A stretch of 64,000 nucleotides of DNA from Euglena gracilis (Eukaryota), in assembly GCA_039621445.1 (NCBI GenBank), contig CP154954.1:10497521-10561520 (forward strand), given 5' to 3'. Every line of letters starts with the position of its first letter. Positions within the stretch are counted from its first letter, which is position 1. Shown one piece after another: positions 26,701 through 43,400 of the stretch. Below the pieces are notes generated by a model that was not told where the DNA came from, did no database searches, and worked only from the letters and a program-made list of their open reading frames with translations. The position numbers and the translations under genes are program-made.

Positions 26701-28930
26701 TGGGCAACAAAAGGGATTTGCACCCGAAAACAGTGTGGGTAACACAAGGGATTTTGTTATTTTGGGGCCCTCGAACAGTTGGGCAACAAAAGGGATTTGC
26801 CCCCAAAACGGGTGGGTAACACAAGGGATTTTGTTATTTTGGGGCCCTCGAACAGTTGGGCAACAAAAGGGATTTGCCCCCCAAAACGGGTGGGTAACAC
26901 AAGGGATTTTGTTATTTTGGGGCCCTCGAACAGTTGGGCAACAAAAGGGATTTGCCCCCCAAAACGGGTGGGTAACACAAGGGATTTTGTTATTTTGGGG
27001 CCCTCGAACAGTTGGGCAACAAAAGGGATTTGCCCCCCAAATCAGTTGGGTTACACAAGGGATTTTGTTATTTTGGGGCCCTCGAACAGTTGGGCAACAA
27101 AAGGGATTTGCCCCCCAAATCAGTTGGGTTACACAAGGGATTTGCCCCGCAAAATGGGTGGGTAACACAAGGGATTTTGTTATTTTGGGGCCCTCGAACA
27201 GTTGGGCAACAAAAGGGATTTGCCCCCCAAAACGGGTGGGTAACACAAGGGATTTTGTTATTTTGGGGCCCTCGAACAGTTGGGCAACAAAAGGGATTTG
27301 CCCCCCAAAACGGGTGGGTAACACAAGGGATTTTGTTATTTTGGGGCCCTCGAACAGTTGGGCAACAAAAGGGATTTGCCCCCCAAAACGGGTGGGTAAC
27401 ACAAGGGATTTTGTTATTTTGGGGCCCTCGAACAGTTGGGCAACAAAAGGGATTTGCCCCCCAAAACGGGTGGGTAACACAAGGGATTTTGTTATTTTGG
27501 GGCCCTCGAACAGTTGGGCAACAAAAGGGATTTGCCCCCCAAAACGGTGGGTAACACAAGGGATTTTGTTATTTTGGGGCCCTCGAACAGTTGGGCAACA
27601 AAAGGGATTTGCCCGCCAAATCAGTTGGGTTACACAAGGGATTTGCCCCCCAAAACGGGTGGGTAACACAAGGGATTTTGTTATTTTGGGGCCCTCGAAC
27701 AGTTGGGCAACAAAAGGGATTTGCCCCCCAAAACGGGTGGGTAACACAAGGGATTTTGTTATTTTGGGGCCCTCGAACAGTTGGGCAACAAAAGGGATTT
27801 GCCCCCCAAAACGGGTGGGTAACACAAGGGATTTTGTTATTTTGGGGCCCTCGAACAGTTGGGCAACAAAAGGGATTTGCCCCCCAAAACGGGTGGGTAA
27901 CACAAGGGATTTTGTTATTTTGGGGCCCTCGAACAGTTGGGCAACAAAAGGGATTTGCCCCCCAAAACGGGTGGGTAACACAAGGGATTTTGTTATTTTG
28001 GGGCCCTCGAACAGTTGGGCAACAAAAGGGATTTGCCCCCCCAAAACGGGTGGGTAACACAAGGGATTTTGTTATTTTGGGGCCCTCGAACAGTTGGGCA
28101 ACAAAAGGGATTTGCCCCCCAAAACGGGTGGGTAACACAAGGGATTTTGTTATTTTGGGGCCCTCGAACAGTTGGGCAACAAAAGGGATTTGCCCCCCAA
28201 AAGGGGTGGGTAACCCAAGGGATTTTGTTATTTTGGGGCCCTCGAACAGTTGGGCAAAAGGAATTTGCCCCCTGAAATCAGTTGGGTGGCACAAGGGATT
28301 TGCCCCCCAAAACGGGTGGATAACACAAGGGATTTTTTGTTATTTTGGGGCCCTCAAACAGTTGGGCAACAAAAGGGATTTGCCCCCCAAAACGGGTGGG
28401 TAACACAAGGGATGGTGTTATATTGGCAACAAAAGGGATTTGCCCCCCAAAACGGTTGGGTAACACAAGGGATTTTGTTATTTTGGGGCCCTCGAACAGT
28501 TGGGCAACAAAAGGGATTTGCCCCCCAAAACGGGTGGGTAACACAAGGGATTTTGTTATTTTGGGGCCCTCGAACAGTTGGGCAAAAGGGATTGCCCCCC
28601 AAAACGGGTGGGTAACACAAGGGATTTGTTATTTTGGGGCCCTCGAACAGTTGGGCAACAAAAGGGATTTGCCCCCCAAAACGGGTGGGTACACAAGGTA
28701 TTTTGTTATTTTGGGGCCCTCGAACAGTATTTGCCCCCCCAAATTTTTGGGGCCTCGAACGTTGGGCAACAAAGGGATTTGCCCCCCCAACAAACAGGGA
28801 TTTGCCCCCCAAAAACGGGTGGGTAACACAAGGGATTGTGTTATTTTGGGGGGCCCTCGAAAAGTTAAGGGCAACAAAAGGGATTTGCCCCCCCCAAACC
28901 CGGGTGGGTTCACAAGGGATTTTTGTTATT
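8737..28930. repeat. ~20-kb tandem satellite, 78-bp monomer with 112-bp variants and higher-order repeats
   Basis: Consensus GTTGGGCAACAAAAGGGATTTGCCCCCCAAAACGGGTGGGTAACACAAGGGATTTTGTTATTTTGGGGCCCTCGAACA; roughly 230 units (estimate); right end degenerate. Confidence 0.98.
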
Positions 28931-29382
28931 TAGGGGGGGTCCCAAGCCAAAAAAAATTGGTCTTTTTTTGGGAACCCCCAGAAACGAAATTTTTGGGGGG
29001 TACCCAAAACCCCAAACCCAACCTTGCCCTGGAGGGCCCTCCAGGAGGTTCCAGGAGGTGGTCCCGAAACCAGGGGTTTTATAGACCCCTGGGGGGGGTA
29101 GGGTGGGTGGGTGGGTCCGGCCAAGCCCCCCCCCCCCGGGGGGGTTCCCCTGGGAGGTCGAAAGTTTTTGAAAACGGTGCTATTTTTAGGATTTTCGCGT
29201 TTTTTTGGCCATTTTCGGGGGGAAAGTAGGTGGGTCCCCTTCAGGACCTCCCCCCCCCCCCCGGGCGGCCCCCCCCGGGGGGGGGGGGGGGGGGGGGGGA
29301 CCCCCCTCCCCCCCGGTCTTAAAAAAAAAACCCTGTTTGAAACGCATTCCCCAAAGCTCGTACATTTGCGTGCTCCGGCCAG

Positions 29383-32300
29383 AACGGCGCAACCTGCTGG
29401 GGCAGCTGGAGCACGCCGCCTCCAACTCCAGCGCCCTCGTGCGGCAGCGGGAGGAGAACCACCACCTGCAGGCGTGCCCACAGTCCCCCATGGCCCTACG
29501 TCTGTTCCTGAAAAGTCAATTGTGCAATCACAAAGGTGCTGGTTGGACCTTTTTCTCTTGAGTTGAAACAGATATTTTTTGGAACTTTATTTATGAAAGT
29601 GAAAATTGAAATGCTATTCAAATTTTAAACATTTTCACATTTAATCATGATAATCAATGAATTTATCCAAGCATGAGGACGTAGAACCAACCTGCTCGAA
29701 CGCCTCAATGTTCGTCCTCCGTGTTTGCCTTTCAGGCACAGAAGCGACATCTGGAAGAAGCGAAAATCAGACTTGCACACGTTCAGCAAGCTGAATGGAT
29801 GCAGTGGAGTGTCTGCAGCTGGGTTTCTAACATCTTTGCAACCTTTCTTTTTTATGGCGCCAACCCATCTATCCTCTAAAATGGGGCGCTAAATGAATTT
29901 ATGAAGGGAATGATATTATTTCATCTTTTTTACACTCTGTTTTATTGAAAATTCTCTTTATTTTCTCATATTATATTATATTATATTCACATGTTATTCT
30001 CGTACACTTTTCCCCCATTCTCTTTCGCTGAAAAATGGCGCTCAGACACATGGGAAAATAGGTCATGCAATGATTTTCAGTAGATGTGGTTACAGAAATT
30101 GGAAAATGATAAATGAATGAATGTAAAGTATTTTCTGATCTCGGGGAGGCACCATCAGTTTCGCGCCGTTTTGGGTTTGGTTTAGTTGGGCAGATCGATG
30201 GGCAGGCGGGTCGACCCACGGGGGATGGGGGTTTTGGGTATTTTATTTGGTATTTTACTGCTCAGACTTTTTTCTTTCTTGTGTCACAATAAATTTTGGT
30301 TACATATCAGTGTGGGTATATGCTGTGTGTAAATTCCTGTGAACATTGTTTTTGTTTTGCTACCCTGCGCACGTGTGTTCGTGTGCGCGCATGCTTCCGC
30401 GTGGCAACATGCGCGCGCACACGTGTGTGAGTGTGCGTGTGTATTCCGTTTTTGCAATTCTCTTCTGCTTTTCCTCGTGTCTGCATGCAAGCCTGACACG
30501 GATCAAGTTGGAGTCTGAGGTGGGGACCGCCATGAGGGAACTGAAGGAAAAGGAAGCGGTGCTGCTGGAGGCCCGGCGGGCGGTGGACGAGAAAGGTGGG
30601 CCAGTTGTTTTTAATTGTTTTTAACTCATGATAATAATATTGATTCATAATTTAATTGTTTTAAAATCGTGATACTAATATTGATTCATAATTTAATTGT
30701 TTTTAAATCATGGTAATAATATTGGTTCTTAATTTAATTGTTTTTAATCATGGGGGGCAATGTTACATGTCATAAATTTCATTTGGCATTGCAACAAACG
30801 AAAGAAAGAAGCCCCCCAAAAAGCGACCAGGGTGCTTAGTCGTCAGTTACTTCCAGGCAGATCAGCGATTACACAGGTTGGAGGCAGGCCATATGGACAT
30901 GCAAGCGAGTTCGGAGGAAGGGGACATTTTTCATAGTTTGATTTTTTTTTTTGCCAAGAAGGGCTTTGGATTTCCTGCGTCAGCATTATCACCTCCTTTA
31001 ATTGATGCTTTGTTGCTGGAGGGGAACGGCGTTTGTTTTGCGAATCAATCTTTGCGTTGACATTCCCTGATTAATGGCAGCAAAAATCACAAACAAAGAC
31101 AACTCCAAAGTTATTGAAAAAGAGGAAGCAGGTGTGACACACAGCAAAGCCCCCCCCCCTGGACCCCAGGTGTGCTCGTCGTGCAGGAATCGGCGTTGGC
31201 CAAAGCTCAAACCGTTTGCGTTATATACACATACTATACACTCACATATACGGACTATATATAGTGTATTCTCTATCTCTCTATCGAATACATAATCCTC
31301 TACTAAATGCATCGTTACAACACCAACCACCAGCAGCGAACTATGAGCATTCCCCTACTCTTTGACCTTCCCTTGCAGGGATCGGCGTTGGCCAAAGCTC
31401 AAACCGTTTGCGGTTGCCGCAGTGCGGGAGATCGAAGCCAAGCAGCGCGACCTGCGGCAGTTCGAGGAGCGGACGGCGGAGCTGCAGCAGCAGATCGAGG
31501 CGCAGCAGCAGGAGAACGGCGAGCTGGAGGAGGAGTGGGCTGTGCCGCGACGTGTCAAAAGGGAGAAAGCAAAAAAAAACAGGAAGGCAATGGGGTTGCC
31601 ATCCTGTGCATTTTTGCTCAGTCAGACAACTGCAATAACTAGTGCGATCATTGTCTGTGCCGTCACACTGCTGTTTATTTTTTCTATGATAGTAAAAAAT
31701 AACAATAAATACTAATAAATTAATAACATCGTTGCATCGAGTGAACATCGTTGCATCGAGTGATTGTTCTTAACGTGTCAGTGTGTGTATGTTGTCCTTT
31801 TTTTGCATGTATCAGTGCACCACCTGCCCAAAATCCTCCCAATCGGCATCATTTTCCTCGTTCGGGCTTCTGGCTCATATTCCCAGGGATGCACGCCTCG
31901 GCCCCTCTCCACATTTCCAGTCTCGCCACGGCGTTTTTAAACGACCCCCCCGAGGGGTCCAGCTCAGCGGCTGGAAAATTGGCTGGTTGGAAATAATTTG
32001 CTGGCTGACCCCCTGGATAGGTTCCTGGACTGGAGCTGGGTCCGACCCGGACGGGTGAACTGGGTGCCAAAAAAAATAACCGAAAGCGCAAAAATGTCCA
32101 TAAAACTGCCAAGTATGCAGAAAAGTCGATTTTTGACCCCAAATTTGCCATGGCCAGCCCTTTTCCGACCCATTTTCGCCCATTTTTGGCCATTTTTTCA
32201 CCCCCGAAAGCGAAAGAATTCCGTTACCATCCAGCCGCACGAAGGGCGGCTGGAGATAAATCAAATTTGTTGGGGGGGGAGGGGGTCCCGGGCTGGAAAA

Positions 32301-33051
32301 AGGCTGCTGGCTGACTGGCTGGACCCCCACCCTGGGGGTGTGGTCAAATTGTTGTTAGCTACGCCCTGTTCTCAACAAGTTTAAAAAAATTATATTTGTA
32401 TGGTCGCACCAGCACGGGTGACTTCGCTTGGCCGCCTGGATGGATAGCCTTGGTGTCGCAGCCTGCCGGTGAGCTTCGGCACCTTTGTGGCGAGACGTTG
32501 GCCTTCCAGCGGTACTATGAACTGAAGAAGCAGAACCGCCATTTCAAGGTTTCTGTGCGAAGGAATTTCTGTTTTGAAAGGTTTTGCAAGCATGCATTTT
32601 TAAACCATTTTACAGTTTTTTTTAAAAAAAATCATGATCACTGCATTTCTCAAGCCGGAAGGGATGGTCCGGCCAGCAACCATTGCCAGCCGGCTGGCTG
32701 GACCACGGAGGTGCCTAAGAAATCCCTGTTCGTACTGAATTGATTGTTGAGGATTTCAGGTGATCCCAAGTGGTTGCTTCGATTTTTTGTCCCAGGCTTT
32801 TTGGGTAACCCTGATTGGGAAGGGGGGTCAGACAGCAGTTTTTCAGCCACGTTTTCCAACAGGGGGGTCGTATTGCGTGAATCACCATTATTGCTGTCTG
32901 GCACTCACAGACCATCCGCAAGGTGTTCGAGAAGGAGAAGCCCAGCGACTACAAACCCTGGATGCAGTATATGCCCTCAGAGCACACCGTGGAGCGCACC
33001 ATCAGCGCCATCCGCTCCAACTCCCAGACCAGGCTGAATTCAGGCGACTGA
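29383..33051 (+). CDS. Spliced coiled-coil protein gene, 3' part (5' exons not found)
   Basis: Exons 29383-29471, 29736-~29797, ~30489-30595, 31423-31532, 32471-32548, 32911-33051 (TGA) give ERRNLLGQLEHAASNSSALVRQREENHHLQ|AQKRHLEEAKIRLAHVQQAE..|SLTRIKLESEVGTAMRELKEKEAVLLEARRAVDEK|VREIEAKQRDLRQFEERTAELQQQIEAQQQENGELEE|ELRHLCGETLAFQRYYELKKQNRHFK|TIRKVFEKEKPSDYKPW...GD*. Phases agree across GC-AG 29472-29735, GT-AG 30596-31422 and GT-AG 32549-32910; the exon 2/3 junction is unresolved. Confidence 0.8.
30611..30752. repeat. 41-bp AT-rich minisatellite, ~3.5 copies, intronic
   Basis: TTAATTGTTTT unit starts at 30611, 30652, 30693 and 30734. Confidence 0.85.
31533..32470 (+). other. Euglenid-type nonconventional intron
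   Basis: gag|GAGTGGGCTGTG...CGCAGCCTGCCGGT|gag; +3..+12 pair with -5..-14 (3 G-U pairs); CTG at -8..-6; frame preserved. Confidence 0.7.
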
Positions 33052-33138
33052 CAGTAGCTCACCGTACACCCCGTACACAAATATAATTTTCTGTGTGTCA
33101 TGTGAAGGCAATGAAACAACAAAAGGCACGATATGATA

Positions 33139-38629
<5,491 letters not shown>

Positions 38630-38759
38630 ACACATACATATCAAGTCCTGTCATACCCTCTTCAGGGTGTTCCGAGATACCCACATCTGCTTTTTGGGGT
38701 CGCACCCCCGGCCCTATGTGAGGGGCTGTGGGGGTCCGTGCTCCCCGCTGCGGGCCCAT

Positions 38760-40408
38760 ATGGGCGTTCAGTGGCCGCTCTGGGTTGCCTGCATGCTGTT
38801 GGCACTGGGGGTCCCGAGCAGCAGCGAGGAGGGCACGTGTGACGTCCCGCCGGGCTTGCACACCCAGTGGGGACGTTGTGCACCCGGATGAGGTTTCTTT
38901 TTAACTCACAAGACCCCCCCCTGCCGGGGGAGGGGTTGATTGGGTGGGTGCGTCCGGTGCCAGACCCCCTGGGGGGGGGGTCTCAGGCCAGAGCATGGTT
39001 TCGGTGCGAAGCACCAAAAATTGTGGAAAATGCCCTTAGGTGCGAGTTGGGTACGTCGGAGATCCCCCCCGCCCCCCCCCCCCAGGTCTTTAAAAAAAAA
39101 GGCCTGAGCTGAATATGAGTGTCCGAGGAAAGGTCCCCCGAGTGATTTCATCTTCATGTGAAACTCAAAGGCTGGTTAAACAATGCACACAAAATTCTCC
39201 GGTCGAATTGTTGTTTTGAAATGTTATTTCTCAGAAAAGAAAACAGTTTCCAGAGAAAATACGTTGCCCTCATTATGGTTTGATAAATCTTCCATTTTGG
39301 GAATGCCTTTCTATCTTGTGGGAGCCCTCACCGACCGTCAACTCTTCCGCGCCGATGAAGCCGTTCTTAGGCTGGCAGCTCACATGCACCTGGCCCAAGT
39401 TTGAGCAGACCCCTCAAAACGCTATGATTTTATGAGGCATGTTCCTGTATTTGCGAATTTGCCCACAATTCAGAAACAAAAGAACACATATGTAGTGGAG
39501 ACATAGCGACACATAGGGTCCACGCTCAGCAATGAACTTGCAGGCTGTCATGCACTTCATCCCGCAGTTTGGGTCACCGCGGAGAGACCTCCCAAAGGGG
39601 TCGCGCTCGGAGGCTGGGATTTGAGGTTGGGTGGGAAAACGGGGAACAAGTGCAGGCGGACAGGGGGGAATCGCTGGGTCGGCATGCCCAGGAGGTGGCT
39701 GGCCCTCAACGGCACCTCCCCGATGGTGACGCAGCAGCGTGTGTTGGCTGACGGCGTGGTGCTGGCCGGGCTTCCATTTGATTTGGAATGGTCGATAATG
39801 GGCATGGTCAGCGATTTTTCAACTTTTGTTGGGAATTTGTCTCAATTTTTTTAAAAAAATATCTGCATTCTGGCGCTGTCATTTCCAACACCTTTTGTCA
39901 AAATTGACGCTCTGGTCCAGGGCATTGCTCAAGGACTCGCCCAGAGGCTGGGGAATTTTGGCTGGCTGGAAAACGGCTGCTGGCTGACCCCACCCCCTCC
40001 CGAAACTCCCCCTGACCTGAGCGGGGGGGGGGGGGGCAACCCCTCGGGAGTCTCAAAGGGAAGCCTGGGGGTGGTGGAGTACGGGGACGCCTTTGTGAAC
40101 CAGAACGGCTGCTTCTACGGCACGCAGTGCCACGCCGCCGCCTGGCCCAGTCGTGGGCTCCGCCCATTCTGGAACGGGAGCGTGCGGAAGGGCTTTGAAA
40201 CCTTCGAAGGAACGAAAAATTGCTGTGTGATTCGTTTCTGCAGATGTGGTATTCATTGCAAATTGTTGTCATTTATTTGTTGTTTTTTGCCGCCTTGTAT
40301 TGTTTGTTATTTTTTGTTTGCTTGCTTGCTTGCTTTGTTGTTTGTTTACAAATATGCACTGATTTTCAAGTCTTATTTACAAATTCGCAATTGCTATTAT
40401 TGATGTTG

Positions 40409-40473
<65 letters not shown>

Positions 40474-43400
40474 TTCTCCTCCTCCTCCTCCTCCTCCTCC
40501 TCCTTCCTCTTCTTCTCCTTATGATTTTCCGTCACGCCCCGTTTTTTTTATTTTCAAAATTGCATCATTCGATTTGCATTGAGTGATTTGCATCGCTCAA
40601 ATTGCACCACTCTATGGGGAACCCACAACAACCTTCTCCACACTGTTTTGGGCCCCATCGGGTGTCTCCTGACGACGTGGCCACTGCCGTAGTCGACGCC
40701 CTCCCCCACCGCTGCGAAGACCCCTTCCAGCGGGGGACGTGCCCCCAGCCGACGGCTGTGCAGCCGCTGCCCCGGCGCTGGTACCACCAGAAGTCCGACC
40801 AGGGCGGGGGAGGGGGAAGTGGTGGGGGGTCACACCCGGTCCAGCCAACCTGATGCCACCCCCTCCTGGTCAGGGGGTCAAGCACATCGCCAAAGAATGT
40901 GCATGGGCACCCAATCCAGGCACTTCGACGCCGGGAGCACAGAAAAGGACCACTTTTGACCTGATTTGGCCGGTGTTTGCTCATTCCCCGGGGTGGGGGG
41001 TTGTGCAGGTGGGCTGCCTGCGCAGGCACAGGGCTCTGGGGATGCTGCCCTGGGGGGAGGGTTCAGGGGGGACACTTCCACCCCGCGTGCACCGCGTGAA
41101 AAAAAATCATCACCGGTGCGCCTTTTTTTAAGCCGTAGTTTCAATAGATTGGTGTGCCCCCCCCCCGAAGATTAATATGACCCAAAATGCGGTGCACGCA
41201 GGGCAGAAGCTGTGCTGTTGTCTCTTGGGTGCACACGGTGCGGAAGGGTCCAGCCTGTACTACCCCACCCCCTTTCCCCCGATATCCACACGTGCGGCAG
41301 CCCCAGCCCTGGCCCCACCCCGTTCCTCCTCGTGGGCTACCACCACCCCTCGTTCTACCACTTCGTGTTCGAGATCCTGAGCTGCTTCCTCGTCTTCCTG
41401 GAGCAGGGGCTGACAGCCGGGACCCCGCCGGTCACGCCGGTCACAGTGTGAGCAGGGTGGCGTGGCTGACCACAGCCTCAGCTGCGTCGCTGGCTCCGTT
41501 CGTATCGTCCTGAACCGCCACCCAGCGCTCTGGCGATCAGGGGTTTTCTTAAGCTGGAGGGTACCAAGTCTGGGGGGGGGGTCCAGCCAGCCAGCACCTC
41601 CCAGCCGGGCTGTGAAATAAAGTTGGGTCCTGCCCAGCGAAGCGGGACTGGACCGAAAAATTTTTGGCGCAAAGCGCCAAAAATTTTTGGAAAATGTTGT
41701 TCAAAATCAAAAATGGTCAAAAATGGCGTTTTGGGTGTTTTTGGGGGTGGTTTTTTTCTCTGCGGGACCCTGGGGGGGGTCCTTAAGAAAACCCCTGCTG
41801 GTGATGGAATGGATGTGGGAGTTGTAATGATTTTCGAATCGCTGGTGTGTGGGTATTCGTATGTATTTGTGGCTTCGCATTTGACAATATTTGTGGTTTT
41901 TGTATCGCAACATCACAGGAAGTTTCCTGCCAGCCCAAAGTTCTTTTTAGCACCTTAGCCAGACCCCCCAGGTCACAAAGCAATGCCCTGCTCGAGACCA
42001 ACATCTCGAGCTGGCCACTAATTTCACACCAATCTAGCTGAACACAAAGAAAATCTCCCTCTTCCTGTCCCCAGACAAGGATTATGATTTGCAAATTTGA
42101 AAATGGGGTCTCGTGGTGGACAGACACTGCTTGGATGGGTTGGACATGTCAACACTCTCCCCAGGCCAGCTAGGGTTGTTTTTCTTCATGGAATGCCCTT
42201 CCGCGAGATGGAACAGCGGGGGTCAGCCAGCACCCTGGGCGCGACTTTTCCGCTCCCAAGCCGAGCTCGCACCCAGGCCATCGCGTGCCGACCGTGTCAA
42301 GACCCACCGGAAACGAGGTCTTCGGGGCAAAGCATACTCTTTTGTTAAGTGATAGCATTAGGGATGTGTTTGAGTGCAGTACTGATATAAATTTAACATA
42401 GTTACTCGAAATCATAATTTTAGGCACCGACATTTGAAGTTTTTTGTGAGATATTTTTTTGCCCAAAGCCGAGACTGAGTTTGTTTATTACCAGGTTCAT
42501 AAGCTTGTTGCAAACCCCTTTCCTTGCTTGGATGAAACTGGTATCATTCGACAACTCCCTCCAGGGGACCTGGAGGCCTGTGGGAGTGTGGTGGCAGTTC
42601 TTGAAGTTGCCCCCGGTAGTGGACAAGATGAGTTACAGCAAGGTGTACACTGCCACTGCCCAGGCGGCAACTGTGGTACAACTGCCGTTGGCAAGGCTGG
42701 ACAGGCCAGAAGTCCTATGTGTGGGATGAGTCACCCCTCACACCCCCCTCACCCCTACTGACTGACCATCAAACTTGAATGCCTTGCCCAGTCAACCATT
42801 CATGATGCAGTGCCCATTCAAGATTTCAAGATTTCTGTGGTGAAGAGGACCACCCTCCTGGGAAACTGTCCTACAACTGCCCGTGCTCGCTTATTTGTAC
42901 TCATCGACCTGTCTCCTCCCTCTGTTCTGGTGATTTGGCTGAAGACTCCAGCGACAAATCCCGGACTAATCTCAAAAATACCCCAACAGCACCAAAAATT
43001 CTTGCAAAAAGAAATGACACAAGGTAGACAAAAATTACGATTTGGAGAATTTTTGTCTGCCCTGTGTGGTCGGCCAGTGGTTTGTGCAACGCTTTTCAAC
43101 CTTTTCTCTTTGCTTTTCTTTTGGTGAAGAGGTTGTTTTGGAAATGAGAGCTGTTCATTTGTTGGAATTGAAAAAAAATTAATGCCGGCCAGTATGTTAT
43201 ATGAGAGCGTTTATCGTCAGCAAAGTATATGAGTTTTTTTTTTTGTGATGTGATTTTCGTTTTTTTTGCATCTGCATATGTTTCAGATATTTTTTTGGGA
43301 AATTTGCTGGGATGCCCCCCATAAAATGGCTGAAAATGCCAAAATGGCATGAAAATGGTTACAATAGCCCCTCAAAGAATGACTGCAAATTACAAAAATT

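Noticed and set aside
8737-28930. CRISPR-like array or giant repeat protein (GNTRDFVILGPSNSWATKGICPPKRV)n
   Set aside because: There are no unique spacers and no cas genes. The ORFs arise because 78 is divisible by 3 and appear on both strands; the 34-bp extra units, indels and TAG variants break frames freely
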